The notes beneath the pieces are model-generated. The model made no database searches. It saw nothing but the letters and a program-made list of their open reading frames with translations, and was not told where the DNA came from. The position numbers were made by a program, and so were the translations under genes. Below, piece after piece: positions 29,501 to 41,186 of a DNA stretch of 64,000 nt. Every line of letters begins with the position of its first letter. Position 1 is the first letter of the stretch. Source of the stretch: Balanoglossus misakiensis (lineage: Eukaryota; Animalia; Hemichordata); NCBI GenBank assembly GCA_040954595.2, contig CM082584.2:13819337-13883336 (forward strand), in the 5' to 3' direction.

Positions 29501-31361
29501 CTGGGAAGCCCATCGGAACAGCCACACAGGACTGAGAAACACATACCCAACACAGCTGCTAGTTCATTTCCCACCACCTTTAATTTTCAGGATAGCACCA
29601 GTTTCTTTTTGAGCACGTCTAACAGCAACCCTTCTGTTTCTCTAAAAGCATGCAATTTTACCGACACAAGGTCCTCCCTCTCGAGCAGCACCACTAACAC
29701 AACTGACAGCACAGCTTTTGCACAGTCAACCTCTCTCCCCCAAGAGAGCCTCTTTAACCAGCACAGTTTATTTTCCAGCACAGAGGGCGCTAGCATGTCC
29801 AGTAGTGTGCCTGTCAGCTCTGCATGCGACAATTTTAGCAATTTGTTTCCTATGGATGATATTTTCAGTAACCAAAGCTCAGTAACTGCCACAGACACTG
29901 AACCTCACTTCCCACTGCCGAGCACCACAATTCCCACACACGCACTCACAAACCATCATAACACGGTTGCTGGTCTTCCCGTCCACGATGACCCCTTCGC
30001 GGATGACCCATTCAGTGCTGACTCGCCAACCGCCTGCAAGGTGTTTGTCATCGGCTCTACCAAAGACACATACAGCTTTTCATCGCCAAACGTGACAACA
30101 ACATTGTCTTCATCATCATCATCTTCATCAGCCGGTAATCCATTTGCAGCGCCCTCAGCAAGCACTTCTAAAACCGATCCATTTTCTGTAGGAGGAGGGG
30201 GTACCATGCAGCCAGTAGCAGGAGGCGGCAGCAGTGATCCGTTTGGACTAAGTGCCAATCCCATTCAGCCAGCCAGCAACAATATGTTCGGAGACCAGTC
30301 TCTTGATCCCTTTGGCTTTGGAGGACTGACCACAGTAAGTCCGATGCATGATCAGCTGACATACGGTTATAGTCATTGAAGCAGCAACGGCCACCAGTAT
30401 TGAACAGCACCACCAGTGGTGAAACGAAGAAGTCGATGATCGTCACATGAGACCTTGTTTACCCAAACAATTCCGTCTGTGTTTGTCTGTGTTTCAACGC
30501 CAATCACCATATGCCAGCCGACCATGTACCATTGATGATGACATCAACAAAACTTATGCGATTCCTACTGAATCTCAACAGTGTTTGAAAGTGTCTTCTT
30601 TGTCCAGAAAACTTTTATCTGCCATTCTGCGAAAGAACATTTATTTATAAACAATACTTTGCTGTCTCTGAAAAATGTTAAATATTCTTTTGATGAAGTT
30701 GGAGTAGATATAAATATTGGATTTACCCAAATCTGTCACATAGACATTGATCAACAATGATAGAGTTTAAGATATCCTCATTGCTTGAAACCAGAGCTGC
30801 AACATTTCGAAAGGTTAAGGGTGTATGCGCAGTACATAAATTTGTAAACTGCGCAGTTGTGTGCACATTTGTCTTTGCCCATAGGATTACATTGAGAATA
30901 GCTAGAAAACCAGCTGTGATGAAATTATACACATAGCTCAGTCAAATAAAATAAAATTTATGGGTCAAATGAAATTTTATGATTGTTGTGATGGTATGAT
31001 TTTATTTGGGGTATATTTATTTATTTATTTTTTTGATTGAACAGGCACCAGCCCAGCAGACGACTAACACCAACATGAATGCATTCGGAGGAGGTGCATT
31101 TGACCCCCTGGCAAATCTGGGAACAGAGGTAACAGCATTATTGATGATACACAATTTATGCACTCAGTATTTTCCTGTATCTGCCTAGCGCCTATACCTT
31201 CTCTGCTTAAAGTAGTATGCGCCTCAGGGACAGATTTTCAAAGTAACTTTGTGGTTAAACAAAAGAAATACTCAGAATTTCATTTGAAAAGCTTTCACTT
31301 TAATGGTTTTGTTGTTCATTTACAGGACCTGTATGCTACCGTGAATAAGCCCAAACAGTGA
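23509..31361 (+). CDS. DAB: Disabled (Dab1/Dab2 co-ortholog) PTB-domain adaptor, spliced
   Basis: Exons 23509(ATG; later ATGs at 23542/23578 possible)-23602, [24652-24675], 25524-25657, 26052-26141, 26423-26554, 26935-27162, 27408-27509, 27735-27785, 28210-28377, 28625-30334, 31045-31128, 31326-31361 (TGA). PTB reads [36 protein letters not shown]...[24 protein letters not shown]...[28 protein letters not shown]; many DPF/NPF and PxxPxR motifs follow. Confidence 0.93.
24652..24675 (+). CDS. DAB: 24-nt frame-preserving microexon of Dab (ANLTMLTK)
   Basis: ttctttgcatgtttttgcag|CTAATCTGACCATGCTCACTAAAG|gtaaga; phase 1-1 matches the flanking exons; ACTAAC branch point at 24611. Confidence 0.7.
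28625..30334 (+). CDS. DAB: Large Pro/Ser-rich Dab exon with DPF/NPF endocytic motifs
   Basis: Acceptor ttacag ends 28624, donor ACA|gtaagt at 30335; in frame with the 527-aa ORF. Confidence 0.85.
30813..30985 (+). repeat. Dispersed repeat fragment also present at ~42004-42180
   Basis: Shared GGTTAAGGRTGTATGCGCAG...CCCATAGGATTACATTGA...ACACATAGCTCA; begins with TTAA|GG like a Kolobok-type end. Confidence 0.6.
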
Positions 31362-34300
31362 TGATGTGTGTGACTAACTTAACAGTGAATGATTTTGCTG
31401 TCAAACTCTTTATAAAGTGTAGGATGAGTCAAGTTGCCATACTAAAGGAGAGAATTTCCAATCACTAGTGTTTACTTTTTATTTGTATACTTGCCTTGGG
31501 GCTTGGCGTCTGATGAAGCAGCTAAATTTCATTTGTACAAAAATGGTCAAGTTATCTATTTTTTAAAGAAAACTATTTTTGTGAGAATAATACTGTTACT
31601 TTTAATCACTGCATAGACAAAGGCTTTGAACAGTCATGGTCTAAGACACCATTGTGTCCAAGAATCCCCTAAGTTTTCAAGTGATATATTTTTAATACAT
31701 GGACGATTATGATCACAAACAATTTTGAATATAGGGCTGCTTTATGGGCATGTCCATGCAGAAATCACTAAGATTTGTAGAGATTCAGTTTTTGAGGCCT
31801 GACTCTTCACATGGCTGTTGCATGTCAATGGTGTCTGGTATATTTTGGGGAAAACTGTTGATGATAAGAAGACATCATATGTAAAGATAACCTCATAGTC
31901 AAACATTTGGGTATTGGGCATATATTTTAAAATTCAATGATATGTGGCGGTTCAGTGGTTGGTGTCAGACTCAGAGAGAACCAACTGCGTGCAGGATTCC
32001 TTGGAGTGCATGGGCGCCCCGCCCCTATCATGAAAGGTGTGCAGAGTGACCAGTGGAACGAAGATGAGATTGTCACAGATCTCCACACTTGATGCTCAGC
32101 TGATATTCATATTTAAAAATGCCAAGAAATATCTGCACATTTTTATTACCTATTTCCACTAACTTTAATAATATCACATTGGTATAATCCCCCCCCCCCC
32201 CATCACTGTAGACGAAATGTGGGTGTTGCTGTACATATAATTTCTGTGGTTGGACGGTGAAACATTTGTTGAGACATGCAATTGTGAGTGTGCACAAATG
32301 TGCAGAGTTGATCCCTAAATTAACTGTGCAGTGTACTTTGGTGAAACTCTCACCAACTCTGTGGTTGTTTAAGTTCTGTAGTTTCTTTCATGTGTGCCCA
32401 GTTTAAACTCTAGCCATAGTGAGCTGCAGGGCTCTCTCTCCCATGTACAAGTCTACCTGTAATGCAGCGTTTGAAATTAAAATTTGCCATTTTCAGGACC
32501 CATTGATTGCCACCATTGTTGGTAATGAATCTGCCAGGTTGAAATCTCTGTGACCGGCCAATTGTATTCATTGGGTTGCATAATGAATTATGGCTAACTT
32601 ATGTATTTTCTTATAACAAAATGTTGCCTTGCTGGTATTGGTAAGGCCTTTACAGTCTGTTGAAATTGAACAGCTGAGAGAATACCTGAGTTCGCTCAAA
32701 AACATTTTCTGGTAGTTTGTTGACAAAACAACAATTAAACTGAGGAATATTGTAACAACTCTAGGAACGAATTGTTGATACAATGATAATTATAAGTGAA
32801 AATGTCAGAAGCAGCTAGCTGACAGTGCTCTGATGTGATCAATGTATAATTATATATATTATATAAAATGTACATTTTGTAATGTATTGTTTATAAGAAT
32901 TTTATGAAACTGATTCTTTGTCTTTCTACTGACACTGTATGAATGCTGTACTCTCGTGAATTAAAAGAATGTGTGATGATAACATGTTAACCAATATTTA
33001 TGTGCAAGTTTGTCAGTATTTCGTTACTAGAAAGTGTCTTTCAGTTTGAGTTGATCATTGAAGGAACAGAAAAATTTTTGGGATCAAGATCACCAATTTT
33101 CAATAGAGGTGCTTGAATTCTGATTTATTGTTTTACATAAAACAATTTCGTTGCTCTTTCCTCGTATGCTCATATGAACTTTCTTGTCATGTTGCCAACA
33201 TCACCCACCATTGACATTTTGTGATTTCTTTGATTTCAATAAATGAACAATGCAGAGTATAACACAGACAGGAAGGCAAAGCCATTGTTGTCATGAGGTC
33301 AGAAGTCAGTCAAATCACCATAGTGTGAAAGATTTCAAAATGTCTGGGGGAGGGAAACTTCAGATGGGTTTGCCGTATTTATATCATTAATCCTTTCGCC
33401 ACTGAGATATAGCGGGTTGTGATACACTGATACTTTCAAATTCATGTCACCAGGAGTTGGTGGCTACTACATGTATTTGTGGAAACATAGTTTAACTTAC
33501 AGTACTACATTGCATTTAAAACATGCTGCAAAGGCAGCTTGAACAGGATGGAGAATTTCTCATTTTCGTCCAAATACACAATATTTGGAATATCTACTTG
33601 CCTTGCTTTGGAAACTAACAATATTTACATTTATTTACGGTTCATTCGCTCTCAGACTAGTATACATGTATAATGAATTTTGAAATTCTGGTTAAACAAT
33701 CCCTATATTTATAAACATTATACAAGAAGTGATGACCTAAAAAAACAATTGAAATAACTTTCACTTTTAAAATGAGTGCTTCTATCACTGCTATCCTTCA
33801 ATACATCTTCCCCTCGTGTTTTATTTTAATAATCATGGCAATAAATAAAGTTGGTGAATTGCATGAAAATATATTCCACCCATGTGTACTGGTGTTAGTT
33901 TTATCCTTTTTCCTGAATATCGAACATGACTGTATACGAACGGACCTTGTAGTATATGGTCGCTAGATGACGCTACGTGTCGGCGATTGACCACTGATTG
34001 CGAAATATTGAAAAATGACACCAACATGTATATCATGTAATACTCGTTTTTCAGACGGGTGAAGTCTGCCTAACGCCATGAATCTGTACCCTGTTATATT
34101 ACGCAGACGTTTATCCGTCAGCTTCTCCAAAAGTACACTCGATTTCAGCATTTACCACTTTTACACGTATTAAAGGGCAACTTCATTTTGACACGTATTA
34201 GGCCTATATCAACTTTCCGATAATCGCCGTTTCTTTCCGCCTTCGGTCGAAACCATTTTTTTCAGTAACCATCAAAGTTTGTGCCTTTCCTCAATAAATC

Positions 34301-35201
34301 TTTATATCACGGACCCGGCACACAGCTGTTATATTTTCTATGATTAGGTATGTTAATTACTCAGAATGTCGGATTTGTCGATCGACACAGCTGTGAACCA
34401 GAACCGGAGATTTGCGTCAAGTTAAACGTCACTAATACGTATATACTGTCACCTTCACCGACAGAACACATTTCTGTGATGGTAATACTATATGCCTTTT
34501 ACGCGGAAACGTGTCTCTGCTTCACAGGTACGTACAGGGTACAAACTGATGCTCTGAATTAAAACAAACTATGGCAGTTGCCCTCGGTTACAATTCGTCA
34601 TTTCTGTCGATCGTGAGGGCATGTCAGCTGCTTACTGCATTGTTCAGGTTGAAACGAATTCTTTATGTTGTTCCCGTTTATTTCATTGAAATTTGACAAC
34701 TATCACGAGTTTTAATTTGAACTCATAAAATACAGCCCTGCACCTTCTCTCTCCTGTATCCACCTTTTTGTACTTTTTGAAACAAAAATTTAATGTAGAA
34801 TATTTATATCGAGATCTAACTGCACATTCTATCGCAAAAGATCGATATGCTGACTGTGCAATCGTTTAGGTATCCCACGTTTTTTTTATGCCACGTTAAT
34901 TTTATACCGTCTGGTACATCATGATACACCTATCACGGCGCACGCTGTCTACAGTATATATATACAAATACGCCTATCACTATACCAGGAGGCATGGTAA
35001 AATCTTTTTTCATTCGCTTATTCAAAAGTTTGATTTGCTTCCATCCTGGACAGCTGCGCTGTAGACCATATCTTTTTAAAATTATTTTGTTAAAAATATT
35101 TAATTTCTGTAAAGTGCACGTACGCGTGTCCATGCATCGATTGAAGACAAAATAATATCGAAAAATGCTCGCGGGGTGGCGCTATATTAGCGACCCTGAC
35201 G

Positions 35202-35220
35202 CGTGGTTATCTCTGATTGG
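35202..35220 (-). promoter_or_regulatory. ER stress response element (ERSE-I, CCAAT-N9-CCACG)
   Basis: + strand CGTGG-TTATCTCTG-ATTGG is an exact ERSE on the - strand, ~160 bp upstream of the calreticulin ATG; a second CCAAT at 35250 and TATAAG at 35301. Confidence 0.85.
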
Positions 35221-35377
35221 ATGATTCTTAATAACTACCGGTAATCCCACCAATCAGAAGCAGACATTTGGCTAGCAATTCACGTGCAGAAGATCTGCAT
35301 TATAAGGCCTGCGACTGGTCGTTGCTTCACTGTTTTTTGGTGCATTTTCAGAGAAAGTAACCAAAATTGCGGTGAAA

Positions 35378-38300
35378 ATGAGACTTTGGGCGGTATTGGT
35401 TGCCCTCATCGGGTTCGCATTGACAGAAGCGACAGTATATTTTCGAGAGCGATTCGATGGTAAGTGAAATACTTCCCAGTTGTAACTTAGCTTGCTCTTA
35501 ATGTAGGGCAATGCCAATTTTAATGCCATTTAAAATGTTCGGTTTCATCTCATGTGGACCATGGTTATCCTTAGTTTACCGATCTATAAACTATTGGTTT
35601 AGTAAATATCAAGTGTGTTTAGTTTTTTGTCGCACTTCGATCAAATACGCCGATATTTTGTGTTAGCACCTCCTACTAACTGGGCTATTCGGAGTATTCC
35701 TTTCAACGTGGCCTGCATGGTACATGTTAGGTTCAGGAATGTGCGATATTTCCCCAACTTGCCTCCCCCTCCGCTGAAAAACATAATTTGTGGTAGTGGT
35801 TAAATCGATTTCATCAAGTGAAATGTAAAGTCGTGCGCTTGATGACAATTAACACAACTTATTTCGATGAGCTGATTGCTTCAGTCAAGGCTAATGGGGG
35901 CTACATGTGAGTTGTAAGATTACTGCACTATCTGAATGCTTTAATATTCATGTGTCCGTTACCAAAGCGTGGGCTTGGCCAAGTCGAAAAGTTCAATCCG
36001 GAAGTTTACTCAAATCTGATTATAGCTTGATCGAAGCACCAGTGTGTGAAACCATATTATTGACCATTTGAATTGCAATCCTATGTGTGTGTGTGTGTGT
36101 GGGGGGGGGGGGGGGTTGTGCGCTCACAAATTAGCCTATTCCGAGTCTGTACATACAGCTGTACGTCTAGCTCTGGACTTATGCGCTGTTTGGGTCTACG
36201 CTGCTCTCCGTCCCCCACAGCTATGGAGCCATGCGTAGGAAATCCTGTTGGGGTGCGGAGCAAAATGATTCGCACCGATTTTCAAACAATAAACTACATG
36301 AACATGTACATAATGTTGTCAGAAATAAAGATCGAACGAAAATTTCACAAATGGGAACCTACTTGACGTGTTTGTCGCCGAATCGTAAACGTCGTTAACG
36401 CAGCGCCGTAAAACTGGTGACCCTCCCATACAAACATGGACGTTCAACTTCATTTAAGTCATGTGATCGACACGTGTTTTACTCGGCGTGTTTGTATGGG
36501 AAGGTCACCAGTTTTACGGCGCTGAGTTAACGACGTTTACGATTCGGCGACAAACACGTCAAGTAGGTTCCCATTTGTGAAATTTTCGTTCGATCTTTAT
36601 TTCTGACAACATTATGTACATGTTCATGTAGTTTATTGTTTGAAAATCGGTGCGTATCACTTTACTCGCACCCAACGGTGTTTCCTACGGATGGCTCCAT
36701 AGCTGTGGGGACGGAGAGCAGCGTAGACCCAAACAGCGCATAAGTCCAGAGCTACTGTACGTCATGTGATTTTTGCAATCCTGAATCACTGGAAATAATT
36801 TTTGTTTCTTAGAATAAAGGGAAAAGTTCCAATTTTGGATGAGTGAGGAAGATATACTTAGCTGAGCAAACTAAATACAGGACAGGAATATTGGCTACAA
36901 ATGGCAAGCTCTGATTGGCTGTGGAGTTTCAGTGATGAATAGCCAATCCCTTGTTAGTGATAAATAGTAGTACATTATTATGGATATTAATTTTTTTATG
37001 ATAGAGGTTTTATAATGGTACATTCATGGAGTTCTTGATAAAGAGTTTGGTTTAATACCGTTAAATGCATTTAGTTTGATTATTTATAAAAGTGGTATTT
37101 TGGATTTTAAAACCATTTTCAAACTAGAGGTCCTCTGCTGTCAAGTAATGAATTGTTCAGACTATGTGCTAACTTCAAATTTTCCTTTTCTGCTCTTTTT
37201 TTCTTTTGACTTTAGATGGTTGGGAAGACCGATGGGTTGAATCTACCGCAAAAGGTGCAGAACAGGGAAAATTCGTACATTCGGCTGGTAATTTTTATGG
37301 TGATGCTGAGCTGGACAAAGGTGGGTATTTTACGCACTTGTATAAGTTGTAATAAATACACCAGTAACATGTTGTTATATCATGCACTGCTGGTTCCTTT
37401 AGTTTTTGTGCTGGTTGATAAATGTGTGTAGCTGCCATGTATTCACTGTTGTGGCGGTGAAGAAGTTGATCATGGACATCATTGCATGTCTTCATATATG
37501 GGTGAAATGATGTTAAATTGAACTGATTAATAAGTGATGGTTAAGTGAAAAGCTGATCACCCCATTCATTTAATTGAGTATCCCAATTTTCTTCCCCTTA
37601 GTCTACGGTATTTACTATTCAGAAAATTCAACCTTATTACCACAACATAATATAACATAATGTGATTATCATGTAAATTAGTCACTCGCCTATCAAAAAT
37701 TCCTGGGGAGTCTCTGAAACATTTGTTAGGAAAAAATCTTTGTTCTCATGTCGGCCTGAACATCTTTTAACCCTTTCACCCCTAGTTCCCTTTTTAGAGG
37801 TCCAGCCTTGCCATAGAACCCAATGGGTTTGGACTGAACCATTGTGAAAGGGTTAATTCATGGGTGAATTACACTGATAATGTTCATTGGCCGATTACCT
37901 ATAACATGTTCCTCTTTCCATGGTATATACAGGTATTCAAACAAGCCAAAATGCCAGGTTTTATGGAATTTCGGCAGCATTTGACAAATTCAGCAACGAA
38001 GGAAAAGATTTGGTTGTCCAGTTTACAGTCAAGCACGAACAAAAAATAGACTGTGGGGGTGGCTATGTTAAACTCTTCCCAAGCGGTCTTGATCAAGAGA
38101 AGCTTCACGGTGACACACCTTACAACATTATGTTTGGTAAGTGAATTGTTCATACCACACTGAGATACCTGATATTTGATTTTCTGTTAACTGTGGTTTG
38201 TTGCACTCTTTGTTAAAAGTTTTGAAAGTCTGATGAATGATGAGAACTCTGTATCAATACCATCTTTCGGGGCTGAAACCCGTGATGATGATCTTTATAT

Positions 38301-41186
38301 CTGAACATCATGACTTCTACTCATCTGAAGTACTGTGCTTAAACAAATTCTGATGTTGCTTACATGAATGTCCTACTTTTTTGTAGGCCCTGACATTTGT
38401 GGTCCAGGAACGAAGAAAGTGCATGTCATCTTCAACTATGCACCCAAGAAAGATAACCTCTTGATCCAAAAAGACATCAGATGCAAAGTAAGCTTGTCAG
38501 TCATTGCTTCTCAGTAGGTCATCAACATCACTCCAGAGGTGCTCTTTTTCACTCTCCCACACTACAGGAGTGACTGAAGTTTTTAATGGCTGTGGTAAAT
38601 TATGTATGTTTGTCATTTAAAAAAAATGTTCATTGTTCATGTATTGACTGGCTGTGAGGGGTAGCAGTACACCCCTTCTCTACCAAACAGAGTACTGGTC
38701 ATTTCAAAATGGTCAGTTTCCTGGGGCCCTTTTACTAACCAGGTTACAGTTCACTCACTTTTGGCAGAGAGCTAGCTGCATGTATCAATGCAAAAATTGA
38801 TCCCTCACCACCTGACACGACTTGACCAATCACAGCATGAGAAACTGGTAAGGTGTCAGATTTTTCGTTTTTGCTGATTCCTTGTCCTTTCTTCTACACG
38901 CAGGATGATGAATTCACACACTTATACACACTTGTCGTGCATCCTGACAACACATATGAAGTCAGAATCGACAACAAGAAAGTACAGAGTGGAAGCCTGG
39001 AAGACGACTGGAACTTCCTGGCACCCAAGAAGATCAAAGACCCGGAAGCCAAGAAACCGGAGGACTGGGATGACAGGGAAAAGATTGATGACCCGGAAGA
39101 TGCTAAACCAGAGGTGAACTCCTTAGTGCTAAATTGGCACATAAATTAGTTCCATGGCTTTTGTGATATTTCCATGACCTGTATTTCCCAGGCAGTTGGT
39201 GTCAGATTAGCAAATGGTAATAAGACCTACGTTTGGTAAAACTTGTATCCATGTGATTTGCAATATGGAGATCACCTCTAATGAGATTGAAACAAGATGT
39301 CCAGCTAAGAATTGTGGCCTGCCTCATGACATAAATTTCATATTTTCAAATTTTTCTGTTTTATTAAACTTGTCAGGATTGGGATAAACCAGAACACATT
39401 GCTGATCCCGATGCAGAGAAACCAGACGATTGGGATGATGAAATGGATGGCGAATGGGAACCCCCAATGGTTGACAACCCAGACTACAAGGTGTGTAATA
39501 GATAATGAGATGCATGTAACTCCACCAATATAGAATAGATCTTGCTAGCTGGTTACTTTTTTGTCAGTAAGCCTGTGTTCCCTGTCCCGCTGGTGACCTA
39601 TGACATTAAACGTTCTTCTGAAGCTGTTTCAAAGGGTTTGGGGAACTTGTGCAAAATTTTCGACAAGAAAACTGATTAACTTGTGCTACGAGTGCAAACA
39701 GATTGTGAAAATGTAATAGGGAATTTTTTGCCTGTGCCCATAAATGACAGCAAGTGATTGGTTTTACTTTTTGCAGGGAGAATGGAAACCAAAACAGATT
39801 GAGAATCCGGACTACAAAGGAAAGTGGATCCATCCAGAAATTGATAACCCAGATTACTCACCAGACGAGAATCTGTACAGATATGCAGACTTTGGTGCTA
39901 TAGGAGTTGATATCTGGCAGGTAAGATGCAATGCAGATGCCAAGAGCTAGTTAGTTAAAAATTGTGGCTGTATCCGTAGAAAATTGTTATTTTATGACAC
40001 ACTGGAAAGCGTTTACTAACTGTATCAGTTTCAAAGTATCTGTTGCTGTGTACAAAGTGCTGGGCTAAACCTAGTGCTCAGCAGTTTCAAGCATGCTTTG
40101 CAGACTTTTCAGTCTTGGGTTGTAAAAAAAATGCCATCTTGTCATGTTATCTCCGCAGGTGAAATCTGGAACAATTTTTGACAACATACTTATCACAGAT
40201 GATATTGAAGAAGCAGAAAAAGATGCAAACGAATATTTTGAAGTCACAAAGGTAGGTCTACAGCTCAGAATGCATTTAAGTGATATGGAAATGTAGGAAG
40301 TTTGAAGTTTTGACTTGCACCAGCTTACTCCAAATGTTTCTGCAGGGGATGTATTTAGTGTGAATAAAGCTTGAATGACTTGTGCTCGCGTGGTCTAGCC
40401 AAGTCCCATTTGCAAAAAAAAAAGGTAACTTACAAGTACTGCTTTGTATGTTTGTGTCCACGCACGCGAGTGCACAAGAAAATTTCCATCTGTTCTACAG
40501 TAAAACCTCTTCCTATCTGGAAACCTATGTATGCTGAACACATTTCCCAGTCCCTTTCACATAGAACCAAATGTTAAAATGTTAACGGGGTTTACTGTAC
40601 TGTAACACCCAATGACTGCCGACAGTTGCTGAAGGATACGTTAACATAGCTCTTGACAACTTGAACACTGATTCGTAAACCTGTGTTCAAAATTAGTTGA
40701 TTTAAAGTTAAGGGGTCGTCGCACCGTGTGGATGTCCCCCCTTGAAGAGAATATGTCCTCCCATACCAGCGCAAACCCCACTACAGTCACCACGACCTAC
40801 TAGGATCTTCAGTTGCTGTCATGCCCAATCTACGCTACAGTTGGCTGCTTCGTTCATTTTAAGCATTATCTTATTTGAGGGATTTGTGGATGAATTGTGA
40901 TGTTCATAAACAAACGCGCCACGACGACCCCTTCACTTTTAGCAACAAAAATGAAAAGTTTGAAAGTCGTCTGCTTTTCCTTTTTTTTACACAGACTGGA
41001 GAAAAAGAAATGAAAGACAAACTGGACGCAGCAGAGAAAGCGAAACGTGATGAGGAGGAGAAGGGGCTTAAAGATGAAGATGAGGAGGATGAGGAGGAAG
41101 AAGAAGAAGATCTGGAAGATTTTGAAGAGGCAGAGTTTGAAGATGAAGATGAAGAAGATGCTGCAGAAACGCATGACGAACTCTAG
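35378..41186 (+). CDS. CALR: Calreticulin, 9 exons
   Basis: Exons 35378-35459, 37216-37320, 37933-38136, 38387-38487, 38904-39113, 39377-39490, 39777-39920, 40159-40251, 40995-41186. Signal peptide MRLWAVLVALIGFALTEA; KHEQKIDCGGGYVKLF; YNIMFGPDICGPGTKKVHVIFNY; P-domain KPEDWD repeats; acidic tail ending HDEL*. Confidence 0.97.
36168..36754. mobile_element. 587-bp foldback (near-perfect palindromic) element with TAG...CTA ends and 9-bp TSD in calreticulin intron 1
   Basis: Arms ~36168-36436 and ~36489-36754 are reverse complements; CTGTACGTC at 36159-36167 and 36755-36763. Confidence 0.9.
37500..37562 (+). ncRNA. Probable box C/D snoRNA in calreticulin intron 2
   Basis: Terminal stem GGGTGA/TCACCC; C-like ATGATGT 37507; D' CTGA 37523; C' GTGATGG 37534; D CTGA 37553. 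Confidence 0.55.
37771..37852. mobile_element. piggyBac-like MITE
   Basis: TTAA|CCCTTTCAC...GTGAAAGGG|TTAA. Confidence 0.75.
38231..38310 (+). ncRNA. Box C/D snoRNA (SNORD2/snR39b-like) in calreticulin intron 3
   Basis: Stem TGATG/CATCA; C ATGATGA 38237; guide ACCATCTTTCGGG (38259-38271) complementary to conserved LSU rRNA CCCGAAAGAUGGU; D' CTGA 38273; C' GTGATGA 38282; D CTGA 38301; ends 76 nt before the 3' splice site. Confidence 0.85.
40498..40597. mobile_element. Small TA-flanked pogo/mariner-like MITE remnant
   Basis: TA|CAGTAAAACC...GGGGTTTACTG|TA. Confidence 0.55.
40706..40937. mobile_element. TTAA-type MITE; its left end recurs at ~10546-10601
   Basis: TTAA|AGTTAAGGGGTCGTCG...CGACGACCCCTTCACT|TTTA; GGTCGTCGC...TGTCCCCCTTGAnGAGAATATGTCC shared with a LAP intron. 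Confidence 0.65.

Noticed and set aside
36930-36965. GTGATGA followed by AGCCAATCC (partial LSU rRNA complement)
   Set aside because: Only a 9-nt match, no properly placed CTGA or terminal stem; better explained as CCAAT-box sequence
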